This document shows positions 24,648 through 37,265 of a stretch of DNA of 64,000 nucleotides, piece after piece (position 1 is the first letter of the stretch; each line of letters begins with the position of its first letter). The notes under the pieces are model-generated. The model had not been told where the DNA came from. It did no database searches and saw only the letters and a program-made list of their open reading frames with translations. This stretch comes from Octopus bimaculoides (lineage: Eukaryota): assembly GCF_001194135.2 (NCBI RefSeq), contig NC_068995.1:12466353-12530352 (forward strand), in the 5' to 3' direction. Both the position numbers and the translations under genes were made by a program.

Positions 24648-27600
24648 ATTCTGTTGTAATTACCACAATTTCTAACAGGAGCGTTACATTTGTTTCGGTG
24701 ACAAAAGCGGGACTTGAACTCACAACTCGCAAAGTTGGGTCTGCATGGTGCTCTAAGATTGGCACTTTATTTATAGACAGCAAGATTATGAATGGAAAAG
24801 TTGATCTCGTGGGGAATTTGAACACAGAGCGCAATGTTCCAGAACAAATACCGCAAAGCTTCCAATGCGAAGCTTCAATAATTCTACCAATCAACTACTC
24901 TGGACTGATTCTTTTTCATCAACCCCATAAAGATAAAAGGCAAAGTTAACCTTGCCGTGATTTGAACTTAGGCTGTAGTCAGTAGGTACAAATATTGTGA
25001 AGCATTCAAACCAACTACTCGGTTAATTCGTCGAACTGAGTTGTATCGATTAGAAATATTCTAGTGATCAGGTAAATATATCTGAATATGGCGATGACAC
25101 TGATGAAATGTCTTTGATAATTTTCATTTCTTTGTTCTTTCTCAATTCGAGAGAAGAAACTGTAGAACATTGGAAAAAATACCTTGTACTTCATGGCGCC
25201 GTTTTAGATTAATTTTTCAAATTTTATACAATGAATATTAATCCGTAAAAAATATAAGAACAGGAGCCAATGTAATCTGTACCCTAGAATGCAGTACACC
25301 ATCATGATCATATTCTAATGAACGAAACCATGAAAGAAATAACAGAAAGATTATACTCTTTAGGAATGTATGAAAAGTTAAAAACTCTTTCTATCTGATA
25401 TTAAAAGAAACGCTTCTTTATGTAAATTGCGTAATACATATCTGACTTTATGCTTTGTGGATTTTTTTTGTTTTGGGGTCTTTTTTTTTTTTTGGCTTGG
25501 TATCTGGTGAATACTCTCTAAGGGATTTTAGGGCTCCAATTTCATATTGTATCACATTTTTTCATTGTTACCTTCTAAGCTAAAACAGAATTTTGAATCG
25601 TGTTTGTTCAGATTATTTTGCGGGAGTGTCACCACTTTTAAAATCCAAAATTACTAACAAATTCTATATTAATTATCCTTTTTTTCCCTTTTTTGTTTTT
25701 CTTCATCTACTTACATCGCTTTTGAGATTACCGGAGAATATCATCTTTGCTTGAAAATGCAAATTAAAGATCCATATTGGCAAAATGCATTTACAAATAC
25801 TATCTTTGAATTGCATATGAGCCTTTGTAGAAAATTATTGTGAAATTCGCTTGAAGATGGAAGTTTGCTTTTTTTATAATGTTTGCTTAAATAAACGTCT
25901 GATTTTGATTTTATTACACCTGATTTTTATCTTCATAAATAAAAGATTTCAATCATTTCCTCCATTTATCTTTGTTTTTCTTCATTTTCTCTTCTCATCG
26001 GAATCAGAAATAATTTCCATAATTTTAGAATTGCCTTCATCTTGTTGCAGTTTACTGAACCATTTTACCGATTCCCATTTTTTTGTTCATACTTTTGTTT
26101 CGTCTAAATGACATGTAGTAGCACCACGGCAATTTTCATTGCATTTTTTTCTTCTTTTTTTCTCTTTCGTATTCTTCTCTCGGGTGTGCTCAGTTCTTTT
26201 CTTCCACTTTTTGGAATTTTTGTATTCATTTTTTTTAAAGCTTCCATTTATCTGTATTTTTTTTATTATCATTGATTCCTTCTTCTCCATATTCTTATTA
26301 CGAAAATATAGCTGCAAAGAACTGCTTTACCCAAGGGATTTTAAAAAAATAAATGTAAAAGTCTATTGTTCCCAAATCGAAAATCCTTATTCAGATTACG
26401 TTGCGTCCAGATGCATTTTCTGTCAAATTGCAGCTGACTGGATACCAGTTTTAACGGTGCTTAAGTAGGATTCCCTAGTTCAATGGCTTATGTATATGTA
26501 TATGTGTGTGTGTCTTTGTTTGTTAGCTTGTTTGTGTTTGTGTGCGCTGTGTGTGTCATATATGTATATANNNNNNNNNNNNNNNNNNNNNNNNNNNNNN
26601 NNNNNNNNNTATATATATATATATATATATATCTTACAAAACAAAACAGAGGTAAAGGAGCAAAAATGTTTAAAAAATGGTAAACGAATGAAAATCCCTA
26701 AAATTCTTTAATAACGTTGACTTAGATTCTTTCATTTAATACTTACCATCAGAAGCATGTAAGTTTTTTAAACATTTTCGTTGTAATCATCTGGATACAA
26801 AACCGATTTTTCTTCGTTCGTTTTTTACTTTCATACATTTCTTGTCTTTTGTTCGCATTTTGGTTGTTTTTCTTTTGTTGTTGTTCTTTTCGTTCTTTCT
26901 TAACCGAATCTGCACAATCCTCATTTCATTAAAAACACAAAACTAGCCAAAATTGTTAGATTGTTTCAAAGTTGATAGCCTGCAGATAATGACAAAATGC
27001 CGTTTGCTGGCATTTTCTTTGCAATGCTATCAAGCAAAATATTTCCATAACCTGCCATTTTGATTTTCCTTGTGCCTGAAGCAAAAGTAATATATTCACA
27101 TGGAAATTCATTTTATTCCACAAAATGTGGGAGATCGAAAAGTAATTTACAGGAGAGAAACTAAATGTCTTTAATTTACGAAAATAAATTTCCCTTGCAA
27201 TTTTAATATCCTGATGGCGGACAAGCGCGTCGATTGAGAGCAGCAATCATTTCGTACATCAGCTTACCTTAAAAGATCCCTGTTATATATAGGCAATAAT
27301 AGTTCCTAAATTAAAAAGCTTACATGAGATAGAAATATTTCATTCTATTCCTTCTAAAATATTTCAAATTTTCTCCCTTTCTCCCATTATTTTATGTTGC
27401 ATTACATTTATTTATACGACATGAAATTATCTAAAATTTGTTCCTTTCCTTAAAAGTTTAAATTTATGTATTTATTATCTAAAACATATACATTATGTAC
27501 ATTATGCCCCACCTTTCCCTTACATAAATATTTTGTTTCTGCACAGTTGTTTATTTAACAGAATCTATTGAGTTGTAAGTGCCATCATAAATCCGATAAA

Positions 27601-27959
27601 TGTATCTTGATTACGAATTTATCCAATTGCAGTTGTTTTTGTTGTTTGTTCTTGATTTATTTTGTTTTTACTTTTTTGTTTGCTTTTTTTATAACATTAA
27701 CATTTATAACATTTTCATAAAATGTTAAGGAGTAAACCAGAGTTCATATTTTTCCGAGCCCTTTTGATAATGAAAAATGCTGATAGCTGGTTAAGTCTAA
27801 ACATGTTAATATACTCTGTATTTGTTCCAGGAAAGGATTGTCTGAAAACAATGCGTATCCTTGAATACAAGTAGAGTTTCAGAGAGAAATATGTTACGTG
27901 TCACCCCAAACGCATAATCAGGGCTTTGTTTCTCTTAAATTATGTTATGGGTACAGCGT

Positions 27960-28250
27960 AACGACCCCCTTTCAGTCAAGAATGACCATGGGATAGCACC
28001 TAGGAAGTTCCTCTCCAAAGCACAAGTCCAGGCATGTTTATTTCTTTTTTATTGAAGACCAACAATCGCCCATGCATACCAGCCTCTCTTCCTCACGCAA
28101 TCAATGTTAACCAAGGAAAAGGCAAAGGCTGATAAAGCTTGGCACTTGTGATGTCACAACTCATTTCTACAATTAAGTGAAGACACAGCCCGGTCATTAC
28201 CTCATGGTTGTAAGCCTCACACTCTAACCATTGAGTCATGCGCCTTCAGA
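27960..28250 (-). mobile_element. SINE with tRNA head, family-E-like box remnant and a third tail type
   Basis: Minus-strand head gaaggcgcatgactcaatggttagagtg, box remnant cacttaattgtagaaatgagttg, tail unrelated to the other two E tails. Confidence 0.55.
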
Positions 28251-28362
28251 AATTATGTTATATGATTCAAAATTAAACTAATTTATATTTCTTCGTGTGC
28301 TGATGTTCTCCATCTAACTATTAACTCGCAATGAAGATTTAAAGTCACACATTATGTAAAGT

Positions 28363-28610
28363 AAAATCGCTATGTTCTGCGGATTTGCTTTAGCGAAATC
28401 CACTATGTTGTGCGGATTTGCTTTAGCGAAATCCATTATGTAGTACGGATTTGCTTTTACGAAATCCATTATGTTGTAGGGATTTGCTTTACCGAAATCC
28501 ACTATGTTGTACACATTTGCTTTAGCGAAATCCATTATGTTGCAAGGATTTGCTTTCGCGAAATCCACTATGTTGTACGGATTTGTTTTAGCGAAATCCG
28601 CACGGATTTA
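28363..28610. repeat. 33-bp minisatellite, about 7 units, each with an imperfect 21-bp palindrome
   Basis: Units start at 28381, 28414, 28447, 28480, 28513, 28546, 28579; consensus GGATTTGCTTTAGCGAAATCC-A(C/T)TATGTTGTAC. Confidence 0.95.
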
Positions 28611-29315
28611 GTTTAGATCTATGGTGTGAGTATGAAGTTTTGATTTCTTATCAACGGTTTTGGCAGTCATGATCTGATTGTGAGGTATTTCATTAAGGCG
28701 CAAATCTGTGAGGTCGGTTAACAATTTCTCATTTGTAAATCTTACGCATATTCTTCAAATTTGTTTAATTGTTTCAACTTTAAATCTGTGGTCATGCTGG
28801 GGCACTATCGAAAACTGTGTGTTATTAGACAGTGGCCATGCTGGGACATCGCCTTGAGAGGGTGCAGTCGAACAAATCTGCCTCAGTACATATTTCGTTT
28901 TATATCTGGTACTTATTTAATCGATCTGATTTGGCACAAGGACGTAAACAAACTCAAAATCACAAACACGCAAACACACATACACATAATCACATACATA
29001 CTGCTATGTCTCAAGGCTACTGCTATCTAGCACCTTCGGATGATCTCTACTCAACCGCTACACAACTGCTACTAGACTGCTACTCATCACTCCTACCACG
29101 GCCAGACTACCTCTAGATCATAGTTCTTCGCCTGGGGGCGTCGACATAACACATACTTGTATACTTGCATACATACATACATACATACATACATACATAC
29201 ATACATACATACATACATACATGCACATACAGACACATATATGTATTGTAGCCGTACGTGAACTGTTCGCGATTTTTCTCCTTCCTTCTCTCCCTTTAGA
29301 CTTTCCTGTTCTTTC

Positions 29316-29352
29316 GTCTTTCTGACGAAGAGCAATGTACGAAACGTAAAAC
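29316..29352 (+). ncRNA. Minimal type-I hammerhead ribozyme, intact core, GUA site, weakened stem II
   Basis: UUU CUGACGA A GAGC AAU GUAC GAAAC GUA AAA. Zero-loop ACGU stem III; stem II has one A.A mismatch; lies in a pyrimidine-rich block 29250-29440. Confidence 0.68.
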
Positions 29353-29744
29353 AACAACTGTCTTCATTCTCTAAACGTCATATTAATACATTGCTTGCGT
29401 TACGTTCTCAAGTTTGTTTTTTCTTTACCTTTTTCTTTTTTCACTGCAGGGTGTCTACAGGTTTTCCAATAACTAAACTCACTCGCGAAGCATTAGTCGA
29501 ACCGGAGATATATTAGGCACCGCACATTGGAACTAAACCAGAAGCTATGTCGTTTCAAAATGGAGTTTGTTAACCACAAAGCCATGCGTAACATATTTTT
29601 GCCAATAAGTTTTCGAGGCTAACTTCATCATATAAGTAGTGAATAAAATAACCAAGCAAATGACATCCGGTTTTGAATTAGAAAGTGTGGCTGCCTGGAA
29701 ATCAACAGACGCGAATTCAAATATTCGGTCTTCAGTGACAAACA

Positions 29745-30565
29745 CGGTCACGGTTGTGTAGATTGCTTTTCAGGTATGTGGATTGGGTTCAATCTCACTG
29801 CGCGGCACATTGGACCAACATCTTTTACTACAGTACTTGGAAGGCCAATGCTTTCCTAGTGAATTTGTCGACGGAAGCGTTGCGGAAGACTGTCATGAAT
29901 GTGTGTGTGTGTGTATGTTTGTTTGTGACTACCACGTGAGTAGAGGCACAATGGCTCAGTGGTTAGGGAAGCGGACTCGCGGTCATAGGATCGCGGTTTC
30001 GATTCCCAGACCGGGCGTTGTGAGTGTTTATTGAGCGAAATCACCTAAAGCCCCACGAGGCTCCAGCAGGGGATGGTGGCGAACCCTGCTGTATTCTTTC
30101 AACACAACTTTCTCTCAATCTTATTTCCTGTTTCTGTTGTGCCTGTAATTCAAAGGGTCAGCCTTGTCACACTCTGTTTTGCGCTGAATATCCCCGAGAA
30201 CTACGTTAAGGGTACATGTGTCTGTGGAGTGCTCAGCCACTTGCACGTTAATTTCACGAGCAGGCTGTTCCATTGATCGGATCAACTGGAACCTTCGACG
30301 TCGTAAGCGACAGAGTACCAACTAGAGACTACCACGTGAGTATGTGGCTATGATTGTCATCCCGTTCCCCGCCACTGCTTCACAGCTACTGTTGGTTTGT
30401 TTACGTTTCCGTAATTTGGTGTGACTTCAAAAGATACCGATTGAAAAAATACCAGATTTAAAAAGAAATAAGTATTGGTGGTGATTTGTTCGACTAAAAC
30501 CCTTCAAGGCGATGCTCCAGCATGACCGCAGTCAATTACTGGTAAGCAAGCACAAGATAAAAAAT
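29745..30565 (+). mobile_element. Old SINE family B copy interrupted by a family C insertion
   Basis: Degenerate B head 29745-29925 and B tail 30343-30565 on either side of the C element. Confidence 0.7.
29943..30326 (+). mobile_element. SINE family C, full length
   Basis: Perfect 16-bp TSD GACTACCACGTGAGTA at 29927-29942 and 30327-30342. Confidence 0.96.
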
Positions 30566-32853
30566 TTCAATGCATTTTTTTTATATTAGATCGTCATTCG
30601 GTGGACTACTTTCATATATAACGCGTTTCGTTTAGTCGAATTTGCTGTATACAGCAAGAGAAGAGCGGTTAAGAACGATGCGATGTACAGAATAAGACGA
30701 GAATACGATCAGAAATATATACATCTTTTAACGATAGAAAAACGTGAGTAGAAAATGGATACACGTAAGACGAGGTTAATAAACCCAAAGAAAGCGAAAT
30801 ATTTCTAGCAGTACACACAGCAAAAAAGAAATATGGATATTCGGTTTTGCTTTAGTGTTTTTTCTCCAATACTAAACTTATATATTCATCAAGAATTATC
30901 TCAAACCATAACTTTTTACTTATTTTTTTTTTATCTACATCATAAAAATGTCGCCTTCATGAATGAAGAAAGAACACAAAAAGAAAAAAAAATTATATTG
31001 TTTTGCGTTGATTTTTTTTCTTTTTATTCCCTTTCAGTAGTAAATTTGATGTTTCACACACACAAAGCAATACACAGCCGCACACGCACGCGCGCGCACA
31101 CACACACACACACACATGAACGCACGCATGCACGTACTTGTATATGCGTATAAAAGCATATACATACATGCAAATATATATACATACCGATATATATGTA
31201 CATATATCGTTTACGATATATATATACAAATATATGCATATATATATACATATGCGCATATCTATATACATACNNNNNNNNNNGTATATATAGATATATA
31301 TACAAGTATGCATATATATATACATATACATGTACATATATAGATTTATATGTATATATAGATATATATACAAGTATGCATATATATATACATATGCGCA
31401 TATCTATATACATACGTACGTCCATGCTGCGTACATACATACATACATATATACATCCCTACCTATCTACACACATACATAGAGACACCAACTCTCTCCC
31501 AATATTCTAATAATAATACTGTTACATGATTTATCGAAATTGTAAAATCTTTGAAGCATGTGATTTATACGATAGCAAATAATTTTCAAATTACTTGAAC
31601 AGAAGCTAAAATATTGAAATATTTGGAATTAAAAGTAAGAATATCAATAAACTTATTGCATTTTCTACACAGAAAATATTAGAAAGTAATAAATTGTATT
31701 TATAATGTAAACACGAATAATCATTTAGTTATAATGTTAACAAAAATAACCGCAGTCTTGGCGAACTAATAAATTTTAGTTATAATGTTAACAAGATTAA
31801 ATAGCGGGTTCTCGCTCTCTCTCACTCTTTCTCTCTCTCCCTCTCTCTTCTAATAACAGTTAGAATTATATGTGATACACATGGATTGTATAAGATAGAT
31901 GTTTAGTTTTGTATAAATGTATTTATGCACATGTCTGTATGTATGATATACTGTGCATATAGTTACAGCTTACAGTATTGTATTCGAGAGAAATACGATG
32001 TCTTGTAAAAGTATTGTTGCCGTTAGAAATTTTTGATGTCTGATGTGATACATGTACATATAAGTATATACATGTTTGTGCCTGCCTGTGTTTGTGTGTA
32101 TATGTGTGTGTGTGTATGTGTGTGTGTGTGCGTGTGTGAGAGAGACAGAGTGTATATATATATGGTCGTTTGCATGTACGTATATACACTGCGTCCGATA
32201 TAAAACAATGTATGATAAAAAAGAAACATTGTTTATTACATACATAAGGATAGAGTTATATACTATGTATATTAATATGTGTCTGTGTGTATGAATATGT
32301 ACATACACATATATATGTATATATATATATATATGCTATGTATATGTGCATACGTGTATGTGTGTGTGTGTCTGTGTCTGTATCTCTGTGCGTCTGTGTT
32401 TGTGTGTGTCTGTGTATGTTTGTGTGTGTATGAGTTGTGTGTGTTTATAAATCGATATTGAATCGAATAAAAAGTACTCAACACGTTGTATATTTAATAT
32501 TGTATTATTTTATTTTCTTTCTTTCTTTATTATTTTTTTTTTTTTATATTTTGTTTCTTAATAAGGCAATACCTAATTAGTTTCAATAAGTTATAACTAT
32601 ATGTACTCAAAGGCAAGATAATTTGCCTTTGAAAAAATACAGGAACATATTGTTCTAATGCGAGGCATAACAACAAGAAGACCAGCAATAATAACAATAA
32701 TAATAATAATAATAATAATGATAATAAAAATAATAACAATAATAATATTAATCATGATTTGATGATGATGATGCCGATGATGATGATGATGACGACGACG
32801 ATAATGATGATAACAACAACAACAATGATAATAATAATAACAATATTATAATA

Positions 32854-32884
<31 letters not shown>

Positions 32885-33030
32885 TGTAAGTGTATGTGTG
32901 TGTGAGAGTGTGTTTGTGTGTGAGTGTGTGTGGGGGGGGGGTGAAACATATAAACGGCAGAATAAAATCGACGCCATTGTGATCAGAATTTTCATTTGTC
33001 TTACACAAATAATGGCTGAATGTCTGTGCT

Positions 33031-33069
<39 letters not shown>

Positions 33070-33277
33070 CCGTGTGTGTATGTGCGTGTGAGTGTACATG
33101 TACATATACATATTTATATACACACTCGCACATATATATACATACATAAACAAACACAAATGACGTATATGTTATGAGCATTATGTACATAACATTAAGA
33201 TATGCCGTTCGTTTAAACATGGCGGTGCATTGTTTAAATATTGCACGTGATATAAACTTTTGAAGTTTTGTGATACA

Positions 33278-33449
33278 TACGAGCTTGTGCTGGAAGCTTC
33301 CTGACTTTCTGTAAAAGGATAAATCCAGGAGGATCTGTTAATTATGATTTTATTCAACATATTCCCCTCCCAGATTCACATACTTATTGCAGCGGTCCTT
33401 ATGTTTTCGCGATACCCTTAAAGCCAGGAGCTCTCTGCCTCCGCTCGTA
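33278..33449 (-). mobile_element. Mariner-derived MITE, internally deleted
   Basis: Reverse complement aligns with 62179-62396 (gttgaataaaatcataattaac.gatcctcctg); TAcgag...ctcgTA termini. Confidence 0.8.
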
Positions 33450-33455
33450 TAGCTT

Positions 33456-33843
33456 GTGGTTGTTGGCCCTCCGTCGCTTACGACGTCGAGGGTTCCAGTT
33501 GATCCGATCAACGGAACAGCCTGCTCGTGAAATTAACGTGCAAGTAGCTGAGCATTCCACAGACACATGTACCCTTGACGTAGTTCTCGGGGATATTCAG
33601 CGTGACACAGAGTGTGACAAGGCTGACCTTTTGAAATACAGGTACAACAGAAACAGGAAGAAAGAGTGAGAGAAAGTTGTGGTGAAAGAGTACAGCAGGG
33701 TTCGCCACCATCCCCTGCCGGAGCCTCGTGGAGCTTTAAGTGTTTTCCCTCAATAAACACTCACAACGCCCGGTCTGGGAATCGAAACCGCGATCCTATG
33801 ACCGCGAGTGCGCTGCCCTAACCACTGGTCCATTGCACCTCCA
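33456..33843 (-). mobile_element. SINE family C, full length
   Basis: 12-bp TSD CTCGTATAGCTT at 33444-33455 and 33844-33855. Confidence 0.95.
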
Positions 33844-34655
33844 CTCGTATAGCTTATACGTAAAAGAAACATTTTATGGAGAATACAAATATCTCTCTGT
33901 GATATACACGCTGTATGTGATAGAAATATTGCTTGTGTTATAAAATGTGTTCGTTATGAATGATAGAAGCGCTATTAGTTCAAAATAGCAATCTGCACAT
34001 AATATGAAAAGCAGATACATCATCGAAAACCTTATTAACTGCGGTATTCGTCTTGAGAGGAATACTGCAATTTACCAGACTTTTAATAATGTACATGCTT
34101 TAAGTATAGTACAGAGGTTGCTGTTTTGAACTAATATTGCTGCTATCGCACATGAAGAATTTTAGTTGAATCTACTGGCTGATTGTGACACTAGTGGGCA
34201 TTCAGTCAAAGCTTTATTAAACCAGAAACATTTGATTTTGTGTTAACATAAAGTAGCTAGTGAATACGTGACACAGATGAAGCTTAAAGAAAGAGAAATA
34301 CGTATATATTAATGCCACGTCTGCTGTTGAGCGATTTTCGGCAACTTCTGATGTACTTTTCTAATTCTTAACACTATACGTTTATAAGGATTGCTATCTC
34401 AAAAGGAAACCGCTGTTTAGTAGACTTTCTGCTTTAAGTATGATACACAAATTGTTATAAAATTAATGTTTATTTTATAAATATTATGTCAGCGATAAAA
34501 ATATTTTGTAAACATTGTGTGAAAGATATATAGCGTCTAGTAAAATTAGTACGATAATAACATTGTATATAATATAAAGCCTATGTGTATGATATAAGAA
34601 TAATGTGTGTTACCGTCTGTGAGTCTGTCATATTATCAATATATAATACGATTAT

Positions 34656-34700
<45 letters not shown>

Positions 34701-36447
34701 GTGAGATAAACAATGCTGTTGCTTAATATAAATTGTGAAGGTATATATTAGTGAGTGTCTGTCGGTGTATTATTTGTGTATATGAGTGTGTGTTCTTTAT
34801 GCATTAAGGAATGTTTGCTTACATGCGTTTGTGTGAAACAAATTGCGGGGTAAAAAATATTACCATTGTAATCATGGATTTTTATTTATGTGTTTCAGAA
34901 ATATTGTCTCTTTATGTGTGCATACTAGACACACAGACATACATATATGTGTGTATGTATATATATGTATATTATACGCATATATACATGTTTACATGCA
35001 TATGCATAAATGTATGTATATATTTGTATGTTTATATATATAAGCATATATATATTTATACTACATATAAATATATATTTATATAAATAGATTTATATAA
35101 ATAGATTTCTGTGTACAAACATATATGAGTGTGTGTGTGTATGTATGTATTTATGTATATATCTATGTTTGTATGAATATATGTTTGTATAAAATTAGAA
35201 GCTCCGAGGTGAGCCACTAGCACTCAGCTTAAAGTGCAGTGCATCTTGTAGCAGAAACAGGTGCAAGCTAATTAAATTCGGAAACATTCAAACTGCAACC
35301 GCTTCATACAGGGCCGGCACTGTCTGCATCGAATGTCGAAAATAAGAACAATTCTTGTTGAGTTGATATGGAAATAGTAAGGGAGGTAAACACAGTTAGG
35401 TTTGAGACACATAGATTACAAAAATAAGGATTACAGATTAACAAAATCAAAAGAATACAAGAATATTGTAAATCCTATATCGACAGCAGTTTCAAAAAGA
35501 TTATAACGTAGCAACATATTCATATATGTGCATGATGTAATAAATTTGTAATTTCCGAAAAGTCCCGATAAAATTGGTAAAGTAAGTTAGACGTGCCTTC
35601 TCCACATATAAGGTACGCCAAACTTACCATAGTAATTTCCTGAACATGTTGTAGAACATACAGCTATGATATCATGGGTATACTACATATAAATATGGTT
35701 ATTGAGAAGGCAATGACAATTTTGAAACAGCTGTTGCGCAAAGACATTACATAACTCTACTATTATTTTGTTATCTTTTTTATTTATTCCGTAATCATTC
35801 TTTTAGTGCTCCATGTAAATATACAAGCGTATGTGTGTGTAGGTACGTATGTACGTGTGTATGTATGAAAATACATGCACGTATGAGTATATGTATATAT
35901 AAACACATACATATATATACATATATATACATACATATATATGCATATATATGTGTGTGTATTTATATCTATATATTCGCTGTGTCTGTGTGTGTATGTG
36001 TTTGTGCGTGTGTGTTGGATAGCTGTCTTTAGATAATGATGATTCCTTTATCCAAACAACTGAATTATCCCCTCCTTAATTAATAGGCATGAGGCTGTGT
36101 ATTCCACAGATACGTGTAGTGTTAATCAGCGCGATATATTGTATGGCAAACACATCATTTGCGGTTGAGTCTACTTAAATCATAATAGTCTTTAGACACC
36201 CAGGGATGTGGTCGACAGTGAACAGTTACAGTAGACTTACCGTGGTAGTCTCTAGACACCCAAGACTGTAGTCTGGAGGGAATAGATACGGACGTCTTAC
36301 CCCTTAGATAGCTCCTTACATTATTTCAGTTGGGAAAGAGCTGGGATTGTACTCAACTATTGATACTTGCGATAAATTTACCTTTCGTTTTCCACTATCT
36401 CCGCCGCGACAGAATTCGTACCAGTATGAGAAAGTTGCTTCCAGTAA

Positions 36448-36608
36448 AGGCAGATGTGACTGTGTAGTAAGAAGCTTGCCTCCCAACCACAAGGTTCTCG
36501 ATTCAGTCCCACTGCGTAGCTCCTTGGGCAAGCGACGTCTACTATAGCCTCGGGCCTATGAAAGCCTTGTCAGTGAATTTGGTAGACGGAAACTGAAAGA
36601 AGCCCATC

Positions 36609-36644
<36 letters not shown>

Positions 36645-36920
36645 GATGTGTGTGTATGTGTGTGTGTGTGTTTGTATTATATATTTATGTATGTATGTGC
36701 CTGTCTGCCTCTATTTAACCCCGATCCCCGCTTGACAACCGGTGTTGGTATGTTTACGTCCCTGTAACCTCCCAGTTCGGTAAAAAAGACCGATAGAATA
36801 GGTACTAGAGTTTAAAAGATAAGTCCTGGTGTTGGTTTACTTTTGCTAAAATCCTTCAGTTCGGTGCTCCAGCATGGCCACAATCAAATGACTGAGACAA
36901 ATAAAAGAATAAATGAATAG
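36448..36920 (+). mobile_element. SINE family B, full length with internal (TA)n(TG)n
   Basis: Head, CCTTGGGCAAG box, microsatellite 36611-36695, tail ggtgctccagcatggccacaatcaaatgactgagacaaataaaagaata. Confidence 0.9.
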
Positions 36921-36999
36921 CATGAATCTATGTCATTGGACATACTCCACGTCAGTTTCATGAGCCATATACTTCTGTGCTGGATTTCGGGTATGTTGG

Positions 37000-37265
37000 G
37001 AGAGGGCATTAATTTTGGAGTTTTCCTTCTCCCATGTTGGTTTCTTTCACCGCAGCCAAGAAGCTCGATCTATCCTTTAAAAAATTCATGCAATACTTAG
37101 GTGGGACTCTGACAGATATTCCTATTCCTAGTGGGAATGAACCTGCGAGCAATAGTAATTAATGAGTGACTCCACACTCTACACACCCCTCCCGCCTATA
37201 ACTCTAGAACTCACGAACTGGGACCTCACCACCCGACACAGTTTAATGTCCTACCCAGGGCTACC
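37000..37265 (+). repeat. Dispersed repeat family G
   Basis: ttttccttctcccatgttgg...gggactctgacagatattcc...ctcaccacccgacacagtttaatgtcctacccagg; related block at 20010-20200. Confidence 0.4.

Noticed and set aside
26747-26909. Minus-strand segment bounded by AG and GTAAGT
   Set aside because: All three frames contain stops with either acceptor; at most a non-coding exon.
27830-27870. Good acceptor followed by KDCLKTMRILEYK
   Set aside because: No convincing donor before the stop codon.
28381-28600. CRISPR array interpretation of the 33-bp repeat
   Set aside because: The 12-nt linkers are near-identical rather than unique spacers, there are no cas genes, and the context is eukaryotic.
30642-30657. 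16-bp perfect palindrome TTGCTGTATACAGCAA
   Set aside because: An isolated palindrome of this size is weak evidence in 64 kb; no associated structure.
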